Of a stretch of DNA of 64,000 nucleotides, positions 53,215 through 64,000 are shown piece by piece. The notes beneath the pieces are model-generated. The model saw only the letters and a list, made by a program, of their open reading frames with translations. It did no database searches and was not told the DNA's origin. Origin of the DNA: Eledone cirrhosa. Lineage: Eukaryota. Every line of letters starts with the position of its first letter. The stretch's first letter is position 1. The stretch is from positions 282,968,001-283,032,000 of the forward strand of contig OZ024740.1 in NCBI GenBank assembly GCA_964016885.1, read 5' to 3'. A program made the position numbers and the translations under genes.

Positions 53215-54886
53215 CAACGGTGATGTCCAGGGTAAAGAGAAGGAGAGGGACCAGGAGGGAAGGATAAAGAGTTGAAGTGTCTAAGGGCATGATTGATATC
53301 GTGGATATGGGAGGGGACATTGCCGACCAACGGGGCGAGGATGGTGTCTAAATATTTAGACATTATCTCGGTGGGGAAGTTGCAGTCAGAAACAATAGGA
53401 CGGCCGGGATTATTTTGTTTGTCTGTTTTGGGGAGGGTGTGCAAGGGGTGCGTACAATAAGATTGGTGGCAGTGGGGGGTAGGTGGGAGGAGGAGATGAG
53501 CTCGTGGATGGTGAAGGATATGAGTTGTTGGTAGCCAGGAGTGGCGTTGGAGTATAAAGGGCGGCAAACAAGGGTATTGTGAAGCTGGCGGAGAGCCTCA
53601 GCCCTATCGTGGTCAGCGCTCCAAACCACCACAGCGCCACCTTTGTCAGCGGGTTTGATGACAATGTCATCGCGACGCCGAAGGTTGCGAAGAGCGGAGA
53701 GCTCAGTCCGCGTGATGTTAGAGCGACGAGAATGCTGGTGGAAACGGAATCGATTCACAGTACGGCTGCAAGTATCGACAAAGGAGTCGAGAATGCTGAA
53801 CTGGCCAGAGCTCGGCGTCCAATGTGATTGCAGGCGACAGAGACGAGTGAAGTCATCCGTCTGTGTCGATGATGGCGTGACGTGAAAAAAATCTTTCAGC
53901 TTTAATCGACGGAAGAACCCTTCAATCTCGGCACGTGTGCGAAACTCGTCGCAGGTAGATGTGGTTGGTATAAAACGCAAACCAGGGATGAAGAGGGAGC
54001 GCTCAGCTTCGGATAGTGGTAGGTCCTGGCGTACGGTGACTATAGTGCAGGGACGTGAGGGAGTGAAAGAGGTCGTTTGGCAAAGCGTGTGCAGGTTCAG
54101 TGATGGGGAGAGGAAAGGGGGGTGGTAGGTGACGGGATAGCGGGTTTAGGGTTGGAGACGATATGAGTATGGGTAGTGACGGCAGGCGGGGAGGGGAGAG
54201 AGTCGAGTTTGTGGTTTTTCATGGAAGTGACGAAATTGAAAAGGAGGTGATTGAGGTAAAGGATAAATTCTATAAAGGATTGGACGAGGAAAGGGTGGCA
54301 AATGGAGGAGAGATGGAAGTAAGCCTTGGGGAGATCTCGGTTGAGAGAACGGATTTGGGAGAGAGTTGATGGAATGGTCGCCCGCACGAGCTAGCGAGAG
54401 GAGCGGGTAAGGATGGGCTCAGTGGTGGGAGCAGAGTAAGAGGTGGGGTGAAACTTGAGGCGGAAACATCAGGGAATGAGGTGGTGGTGGAGTAGCGACT
54501 TAAAAATGTAATGTGACTGTTGTATTTTGTTTTGGTGAAGATGAGATTGGAGAGATGCAGGGAGGATTGGATGCATACAGGGGGGAGAGGCTGGAGGAAG
54601 CGCTTGAGAGTAGAATGGAGCTGGTGGAGAAAAGATTTGAGATTTGAGAAGGTACTAGGGTGGGAGTGAAAAATAGACGGGTGAGAAGAAAAGGGTGGTG
54701 TAAGAAGATTGTAGTAGGGGACAAGTGGTAGAGAGTCGTGGAATATTTAAATGCAAGAAGCAAAGAAAATTTCAATGATATAAAATATTTCCTGGTGGAA
54801 GTTCAGGTGTACTCCGGGTTGGTATCCAGTTGCGGGGTTAAAATCCAATTAGAAAATCGAACAAATTTTGAGAGGTCCACGTAAGC

Positions 54887-54890
<4 letters not shown>
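53215..54890 (-). mobile_element. PLE (Neptune/Poseidon-like) 5' half: UTR, N-terminal domain and RT up to motif A; frameshifted
   Basis: FIPT, FFRRLKLKDFF, ALRNLRRRDDIVIKPADKGGAVVVW, LPK..K.NNPGRPIVS, YLDTIL.PLV, LFTLDIT. Confidence 0.9.
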
Positions 54891-54939
<49 letters not shown>

Positions 54940-55899
54940 TAAAAGGTAAACAGAAATAACAACACAATCGGTACAGTATATGGAAGGGATATATTAAAAT
55001 ATTGTTGACAAGTTAATATCTGTATACAACAAGTACAATAGTACGGGATTGGGACCACCCACAGCCCCGGCGGACAGAATGGAAAGGCATTTCCCCTGAG
55101 GTCGGCAAGGGAGACGCGCTGGAAAAGCCACTCCAACTCACGGGGCTCACGCCTGCGGCTGGCCAGGCTCAGCGCCTATGATGGTGAGTAAGGAGGTAGC
55201 CCTGGGAGGTTAACGCTTGATTGTAAAATCATAATACTATAAAATTAAATTATATATATTTAAAATATATATATATTTAAAAAAGGAAAAGAATGACATC
55301 ATTTGTAGTTCTAAACAATTTAATTTAATTGTATAGTATTATGATTTCATAATTTGGTTTCGTAGATCCATCTATCTATATATACGTGTGTGTCTATGTG
55401 TGTGTGTGCGCGCGTGTGTGTGCGGATGTATTGTGTGTGTGTGTGGTATGTATGTGTGCGTGTGTGTATGTGTTTGTGTGTGTAGAATATTAAATATCTT
55501 TAAATAGCAAACATCAATAACACAACTCTTACAATATTTGGAAACCGTTGAATAAAGCAGCCGTCATACTCTAGAAGCTCTCGAAGTTTTGTTTTACTTT
55601 GAAACAGTACATGAAAGTAATTTTTGATCTATAGAACATTTAGCTTTCTCATTTGCTGATTTTAATTCTACCTACATATCAATAAATGAAATTGCCGATG
55701 TCTCGATGAGAAATCTATTGTCTTGATTTAACATCGGAGACATGTTGAAATAGAAGTAAAACTTAAAACAACAAAGTTATATGTATTTAAACCATGATTT
55801 ATATTTGGTAGTATCTAATTATATAAGCATTAATAGATACTGGCACATATGGCAGTTTTGAGTCGTTAATCATTATGACGTTAGAAAATATTACGTTGT

Positions 55900-56420
55900 C
55901 ATGTAAAAAATGGTTCCCCATTTGTTCGGCATAAATGTTCAATATTTCACTAATCTTTAACACTATATTAACGTCTGCTGGATAGCTAATTTCCAATATT
56001 GTACATGCATTCTTTTCTCTCTCCCATATCATATCATTATCTCGCCGATTATATCTAGATTTTACTTGAGTTTTCACAGGATTATTCCACTGGTAACTTT
56101 TCGTGTTATGTGTGAGCACAGCACTTCCTTCATTGTAACCGTTTATATATTTTATTTTCAAGACTATCCTTACTACTGAATGTATTATTTAATGTTTTAG
56201 CCACTATATCATGCCTCGTAGGCAGGTGGTATCGTTGTGACATCTTCTATTAGCTGCTTATGACGTGAGTTATAATGCGATATTTATTTCTCATCTGTTC
56301 TGGAATTTAGCCTGTTACTCTATCTTTTTGGCGCATCAACTATTTCATTATAAGTGGTTGTTAATCCAAGATATACATCTTTGGTTACCTATATTATACT
56401 CATAAAGAAGCTTATACTCA
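55900..56420 (-). mobile_element. Degenerate RLE-type LINE endonuclease region; decayed upstream part probably at ~57100-58100
   Basis: WNNPVKT...MIWEREKNACTILEISYPADVNI...NIY resembles PD-(D/E)xK RLE C-termini. Confidence 0.6.
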
Positions 56421-59400
56421 CAGAGTCCTTGACAGATTGTCTTCTGATAAGGCCACGGCTTTTCGTCGCGATAGACCCATGAATTTTCCATGGGTGTTTA
56501 TTTCTGGTCATCATTTAGGGAGTCCTTCTCAAGAAGATTCTTCCCACCTCTGCCTATGTTATCGGCTTCATGTAGACATTCTTGCTCTACATATAGGCTC
56601 CTGTGACCAACTCACTAAAGTCGTGACCCAGACTTTAGTGAGTTGGTCACAGGGTTATTTCCTTCAATAAACACCACTGTATGCCAACCACTAATTTAAT
56701 TAGATAACAGATATAAAAAAAACTTTTGTGTATTTTCGCTCGTGTGTGAACAGTTCAAGAGCCTGTCGCCAAAAGAGAAAAACTGCTCTTTGCTCCCTCC
56801 TTTATAATTCCTAGAACGGAAGTTAAAGGAATACTCTAGAATTCTACGGGAAGTAACTCCAGCTACTTCCCTTTGTCTAGAGAGCGCTACACCTTTCTTG
56901 CCAGCTCCTTGCTAATCTCTGATCATATTATTAATGTCACAATGATTCTGATGGAAAATTTTCAGAGAGGTTGTATACATTATATACATTAAATTTTAGC
57001 CGGCAATCGGTCGGTAGCTTTTCACTAAATTAGTTTCTTCTTTGTCAGAGATCTGTCGTGTTTCATTCAACACCAAACGGCTTCATATACGTTTATCTGC
57101 ATCGAAAGCTTGCTGACAGAGATTGATAAGATACTATCTCCAATAGAAGGTCAGATACTCGTACCAGAAGCCGACAATGAAGTTTCTTCTGGGTGTTTTC
57201 TTATATTGTATGTACATACGTATGTATGTATATTCTCTCTTTCTCTTAATTTTGAATTTATTCTTTACCGGCCACCTTCCCGGTTGTAAAGAAATGTAAT
57301 GAATTGGGATCTGTCGACGTCTCTTATTTAAATGTTCATACTTTGGATCGTAAGAATCTTTTACAGATTTTGACAGTTCCAGATATCGCAGCAACTTGTA
57401 GTTTTGAATTAAGAATCTATGATCTTTCTCCACAAATCGAACAGTTCAGTTATACTTTGGTCCATGTCGGTTGGTATATAACCCGTAGCTCCAATAATAA
57501 CGGGTATGAAGCTGAACGAGTACCATGAATATTAGATTTGCTAACTCCTCATCAATAGTCAGTAGATATCTTACTTCTATTATCATTTCATTACTCTATT
57601 GGCATTAAGCAGATTGTTTTAATGTGTGGTCCAAAATAAAAATATTATGCTGAATGTTCTTAATATTAGTGGCGTTTTTTTTTTCATACTTTTAGGTTCG
57701 ACCAGTATTCCTTCAACCCATGAGTCTAAACATATTTCTATCTATTCTATTTTATTTTTGTCTCCTGTAAAGCATGTTAGATCTGTCTTGCTATCATATC
57801 ATACATCATAGGAAAGTAGTAACGAGAACATATTCTTTCACATTTGACAATAATGTAGCTAACATCTTCGGTCTTTATTTTGCAGTGCCTACGTGTATTG
57901 TCATTGGGGTTTGGGGGTATCCTTCAATGTGGGATGTTATGATATTGTCAGTCTTTTAGTCTGGTTTATCCCCTATATGGTCTGTATTTTTCATCTCAAG
58001 TCCCCATACACAAACTTCTCGGTGTGTGTGCGTTTAAGCCACATTGTTGTTGATTCTATACCAGATGTAATGATATATTTCGAGAAGTGTTTCCATTTAG
58101 ATATATAAAATTGCAGACAAAAAAAAAATTCATGTAAACTGAATTAAAACACATGTCATCTACTCATTCGTTGTAATTGTTTACATTTTGAATTATTTTA
58201 TATTTATCTCGAGATTCATTGCAGAAATATCGTGGAAATAGATGTAATAATGCGTTTCTGATAGGGACCTGCTCCCTACTACAGTTTCTGTGTTGTAGTC
58301 ACACCCTCCCACCCTTCCGCCATATTTCAGTTTTATTTTCTTGTATGTCTTTATAGATACTTAAAATGAACGAACCTATATTTCCCGTACCGGAAATCAA
58401 TTATGAATGTAGTTTTATCAAATTCACAGAGAAAGTATTATGACATTATTTGTTACACTTGCATATTAAAAGAAAACAATCATCATAGGTCAACTGATAT
58501 ATCTTAGCAGGGTTTCGAGCATGTTTATACTGTGATTACTTCATCTCTGCGTCCCTCACAACTCAGTCTAGCAGGGATATGAAATAAATAGCTAATAGAA
58601 GGCGCTATATTCTAAAGCATTGTGATGACTGTTTTCACTTGTTTCTTTTTTACTTCTATGTTTTTCTGTGTAAATCCAATAATTAAAGCCCAATCACCGC
58701 CCTATATTCGTTCTGGTAACAATGTAAGATCTCTATAATCGACGCTTTTACACACATGACCTTTCAACATTGTTTAGTCTCCCTTCTGTCTACTGAAGAG
58801 AAAGAAAAAAGCTGAAAAAATAAATCAATCGAAATTTTTCAAATGTATTTTACTACATTACATACAATTGTTAAAGTTATATAAAAGCAGCTGTTTAGAT
58901 GACCTTTGTCAAACAGCAGAGTTATGAAGCTTACGGAAGTTACTACACAACTGAATAGAAGGTATCAGATCACGAGAACTTAGAGCTCTCTCTCTTTTGA
59001 CTTTGTTTCTAATAAATTCTCTCTGGTGCATATTATAAATCTACTTTTGAAAACACAATGTATTATGTTTCACACTTTGTCATTGTGAGAAAGTAAAATA
59101 TATTCATTGCTTTTTCATTCTCACTTTTGAAGCTTCCTAACACCAAGATACACAAAATCCTGTAAGCATACAAATACACACATACGGATTCATTCATAGA
59201 CATCCTACTAAACAAACGCATACATATATGCCATCTTACACAACTACTCTGGCGAATATACACAAATGTTTATTCTTACAGTTACACAGGCAAAAATACA
59301 TACTTACACACTTACTCAGTCAAAAACATATACATATTCGTTCTTACACAACAACAATCAAAACAAATAAATTTATATTTATTCTTATACATCTATCAGA

Positions 59401-60089
59401 GCAAATTCATACACGTATACACTCATACACATCTATGAAAGCAAATATATATTCATTCCTAAACAAAGTTCATGCTGTTGCACCATATAATGCAACGAAG
59501 CATATTTTAGGCATCTATGTGAATAGCAATACATTTCCAACTTACCTTAAATAGATAATAGTTTTACACAAACTAGAAACGTTAAATAAAATCCCCAAAT
59601 ATTCGGAAAACATTTTTTTCTTTCTCTTAAAAATGTCTTATTTCAGTTGACATTCCAATAGAAACGTTATGGACATGATAGAGTTAAAAACATCGAAATT
59701 TTATATAAAAATAAAATATGTATGGAGAAGCCCTCTTCAATAAATCTCTACTGAAGCACCTACACAGCAACAATTTTATCGAAGAAATTGAATTGTTAGA
59801 GCGAGTAAATACCTTTGCACAGAAACATTAACCAATGTTCACAAAAGTTACATGGTATATAACATATCTAGAAATGGAGACATTTTTACACAACGGAATA
59901 TTAATTTGTTTTTTATATGTGACACTGTCTCATATATATTTCTGGATAAGTGGGATTGTGAAGTTAAGGTCATGAAGTTGCTACATACTGGAATTAAAAG
60001 TGTTTGAACATTACTTAACTCCAAAATATTGATTTGGTTCTTCGGCTCAGGTGAATTGCTTAAAATGTAGCTAGATAGAGGCAGTACTG

Positions 60090-60316
60090 GACAGGGAAAT
60101 GGGCGGGAGAGTCGTGATGAGAGAGGATGGCTGAATGAATCTACTTCTTCGTCAACTAATTAATGAGAGGGTCGAGCGGGCAGAGCCCTCCCAGGGTAGA
60201 CCCTGAGCAAGATGGTTGGATAACATCCATGAGCTTGGCAGGTCACGCTTGGGGATTCAGCCTGATCAATTGGAGATGGTTGCTTCTGACAGGACCCGCT
60301 GGAGAGCTGAATGAAT
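60090..60316 (+). mobile_element. RTE-like LINE 3' end fragment
   Basis: KWAGRV, QGRP*ARWLDNI, ASDRTRWR, ending in tgaatgaa. Confidence 0.7.
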
Positions 60317-61219
60317 CATTCTAATATATTACTGATACTTAATACGTAGATCTTGCTAAGACAGAAAGCAAAATGAACTGTGGTTGGACTTGAATATAGA
60401 GAAAGTGAAACAAATGATATATGGGATTTATCGTAGGTCTACCAACCAGCTTCTGTTACCAAAAAAAGGGTTTCTCGACTAGTCAAACACCTGTATAAGT
60501 AAGAGGGGGGGGGGGGATAATATTTTGTAATGATCATGATTTTATCAAAGACAGTGCAAAAATGATATGACTTCAATGAGGAATCAAAAGCAGTTTGTCG
60601 AACCTAGGTATATTGGATAGTATGATTAAATTAATCCTGATATATTGGTATTTTATCGAACGTGGTTCAACTTTGAAAGCGCTGCTCATCGGACTCTTAT
60701 ACATTATTTCTATCTTTAATATTTTCAAAAGAACTGACTTGCATACTTAGACCACGGCTCAAGTATGTATCTATGTTTCTCCCGCATCAATTAGAATATT
60801 TAAGATTCTACCCACTTCCAACTTAATTTATTTTTAGTATTTTCATCACATATTAAACACACTTATGCTTGTTTAACCACAACGCATGTCTCTCGTTGAA
60901 ACATATCACCACTTTTATAATTTTCTTCTATAATCCTTTCTGAGTAACGTCTACCTAAATCTAAAATATTATCCGAAGAAGCAAAACGATCTGAATATTG
61001 CGATTGCGTAACTATTATACAATAAATTTAATTATGAATAGCAGAAACCTGTCATGAGGTTTTATGGTATAACGATATTCCCTTGTGTGATACACGATTC
61101 AAATTTACAGTTAAATGCCTACCGCCGAGGTAGAGTGTCTTATGCTTACACGAAAGTTTATGGATTGATATTGTGCAAATGTGACACAAACAAACACTTA
61201 AAAAGACTATTATATACAT

Positions 61220-61254
<35 letters not shown>

Positions 61255-61259
61255 GTAAT

Positions 61260-62006
61260 ATATATATATATATATAGTAATATCTGATTGATTCTATAGA
61301 CACGTTTTATGATATAATGCTCTGATTTTTTGATTTTAACTTATTAATTCTTCATTGAGCTTAAAAGTGAACAGTTGCAACACATATATGTATCATTGAT
61401 TTAATTTAATTTAATTTTATGTATGTGATAACCTCTATATTTAATAATCTCCCTATCGGTTGAGATTAAATTTGGCGATATATGGCTGCGCTTTCTAGCA
61501 GCATGCCTACCCGCCGTAAGTGACCAATCACATACTTTCTCTCTGGCTGGTACACAGCTACATAGCGATCTTAGCCATTTTTGAATCTAAATTTGGCGGG
61601 GTCTGTCGGAGAAATAAAATGTCTATTTCTGAGTTTGTCTCCTGATGATAACCTGACTCGGGACAGTCCATATTATTTGGATGTCCTAAACAAGGAAGAA
61701 ACCATGGTCGAGATATAATTACGGTATGTGCGCATTTCTTCTAAGTTTAATTTTACTACAAATTACGTGCGGTTGACGATATGTTTGATCGGATTCTGCA
61801 TGCTGCCGAAGTGTTTGATAAATAATGGAACGGAGTTAACGCGAACTGGCTGCGATCAATTATTTGTCGGAGATTTCCCCGTTAGAAAATTTACTCTTAA
61901 AGCTTGCTGGATTTGATTATGTATATGGTTAATTATGCTGATTAGAGGAAGAAATAGTATATATTTTAATATCTGATTGATTCTATAGACACGTTTTATG
62001 ATATAG
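61260..62006 (-). mobile_element. Partial tandem element with ~40 bp terminal direct repeat (pLTR-like)
   Basis: taatatctgattgattctatagacacgttttatgatata at ~61278 and ~61967. Flanked by (TA)n. Confidence 0.55.
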
Positions 62007-62028
62007 TAATATATATATATATATTTTA

Positions 62029-62070
<42 letters not shown>

Positions 62071-62667
62071 GTGTGTGTGTGTGTGTGGTGTGGGTGTGTG
62101 CATATGTTTGTGTGTTTGTTTGTATGCGTATGTATATATTCATGTCATATTTTCAGTTGCTTGATGTTGAATTCTGTCACATGAAAGACCTTCAATTTTC
62201 AGTCCTTTTAAAGACCTTCTACTAAGATGTATAGAATAATTATTTCTTTAATAAAAACTACTTCGTGTCAGAACTCACTACTGCTTAGCCGATGATCGCA
62301 CATTTCAATTCTTTTACGAACTATATTTCACGAGATATATTGAGTGTGAAACTAGTTCTCGTCTGCTTTCAAACCAGTATAAAATGTACAGCAGTTACAC
62401 TAAAACCTCTACGAAAAAGTAGTGTGGACTAAATAACCAGTTCTGTTGGGAACTGATTTACACTAAACCTCCATTTTGCACCAGAAGATAAGAATGAGTT
62501 ACAAGACAGCAACCGCGAGAGGATTTAGGAAGCAGTAATCTAAAAACACTGGGTTTAGAAAATCAACTATACTGAGAACTAGCACACCGAATATTTTCTA
62601 AACTAGAAATAGAAACATTACCTTTTCATTGATATTTCCCTCTATATGTTTCACAAACTTACATTAC

Positions 62668-62978
62668 GGTGGTGGATTGGCATTATCGTTAGAGCGTCAT
62701 AGAGTTATGGCCCTTTACGTTCAGAGTACAAATCCCGCCGAGGTTAGCTTTGCCTTTCCTCCTTACGAGGTCGATAAAATAAAGCACCTGGAATTCACTG
62801 GAGTAATTGCTGACCTTGTGCCAAAATTAGAAACGATTATACCTAGTTTTAAAAAATAACTACGTTATATAATTGTTTCTACTTTAGGCACAAGGCCAGC
62901 AATTACTCAGTGCATTACTGGTACCTTAATTTATCGACCCCGTAAGGATGAAAGACAAAGTCAACTACGTTATATAAT
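62668..62978. mobile_element. Tail-to-tail SINE pair; the second is 5'-truncated with a 16 bp TSD
   Basis: Plus copy 62668-62840. Minus copy flanked by aactacgttatataat at 62858-62873 and 62963-62978. Confidence 0.88.
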
Positions 62979-63633
62979 ATAGGGAAAAATAACTTTCTTA
63001 TATTAAATGTTACAAAATTTACGTATGCATGTGTATATATATATATGTGTGTGTATAGATGTATAGACATAAATAATATGTTTATATATATATATATAAA
63101 TATATATATATGTGTGTGTGTGGGTGTGTGTGTGTGTATGTGTGTATATGTATCTCTCTATGTATGTATATATGTAAGTATATATCGACAGGTGAAACTC
63201 ACTATTCGCTGGGAAAGGCATTGACGTTTTCATTTCCTTGCATAATTAACGTCAGGCCAGGTGGTTCCAGTTATGAATAAATCGATATTATATCGAAGAA
63301 AAATATGAGAAAGATTCATTTATTATACATGTGTAGCACAGTGTAACGATATATGGAACTCTAGGGTCTGTTGGAAGACAAATAGTTAATCAGATAACGA
63401 ATAGACGTTGAGCAGAAACGAGGAAGAAAGGGCAAAAAGCAGAACTAATAAAGAAATAAAGAAAAAGATGCACAAAATTGCAATTCGTAACATGTTTACA
63501 TCCATAAAGAATTAAAGTAGAAAAGTTAAATGTTCTTTCGGTTTCTCTATCTCGTTTAAGCCTGGATATATTGATCAGAAGTAGGTTAGTGTGTGTGTGT
63601 GTGTGTAAGGGAGAGATTGAGAGAGAGAGAGAA

Positions 63634-63721
<88 letters not shown>

Positions 63722-64000
63722 CAAGAGAGAGAGAAATATGTGTGTATGTGTGTGTGCATTATTTAATGATTTTCAACTAATCAAATTTATAAATATCTGA
63801 ATAGAAGGAGAGTCAATAATCCGAAGTCCACTGTATGGGAACAGAATAAATGTGTAATAGTGTTGAAAGGTCCATTAGGTAGGGAACAGCCATTAGTTAC
63901 ATGAATAAGAAGTAAAAAAGTATTCTTAGATTTTTGAAAAATCAAATTCGAATGTTTTTCTTTTATTTTTTTGCTATGAAAAAACAAAAATTGAAAGGCT

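Noticed and set aside
59647-59680. Possible terminal coding exon DIPIETLWT* after tttcag
   Set aside because: Cannot be distinguished from chance without transcript data.

Overview
AT-rich, microsatellite-saturated animal DNA. The tRNA-SINE families and the (TA)n/(CA)n/(GA)n load suggest an octopod cephalopod (inference). I found no convincing host protein-coding gene; most ORFs in the track are translated microsatellites. The window is built from retroelements: a ~3.5 kb head-to-head inverted pair of a Naiad-like Penelope element (RT + GIY-YIG, 1-4075), further Penelope fragments, a nearly complete RTE-type LINE (38.6-41.1 kb), RLE-type LINE remnants, many tRNA-derived SINEs, Helentron/HINE-like elements and a small mariner derivative. 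The main unexplained signal is about 18 type I hammerhead-ribozyme motifs from about 8 unrelated sequence families. Two families are non-coding tandem units (444/465 nt and 483 nt) with one ribozyme per unit, i.e. retrozyme-like. Nearly every ribozyme-bearing insertion sits in a (TA)n tract and carries an inverted copy of itself, so both outer ends are element 3' ends. All structures were read by eye and not computed.
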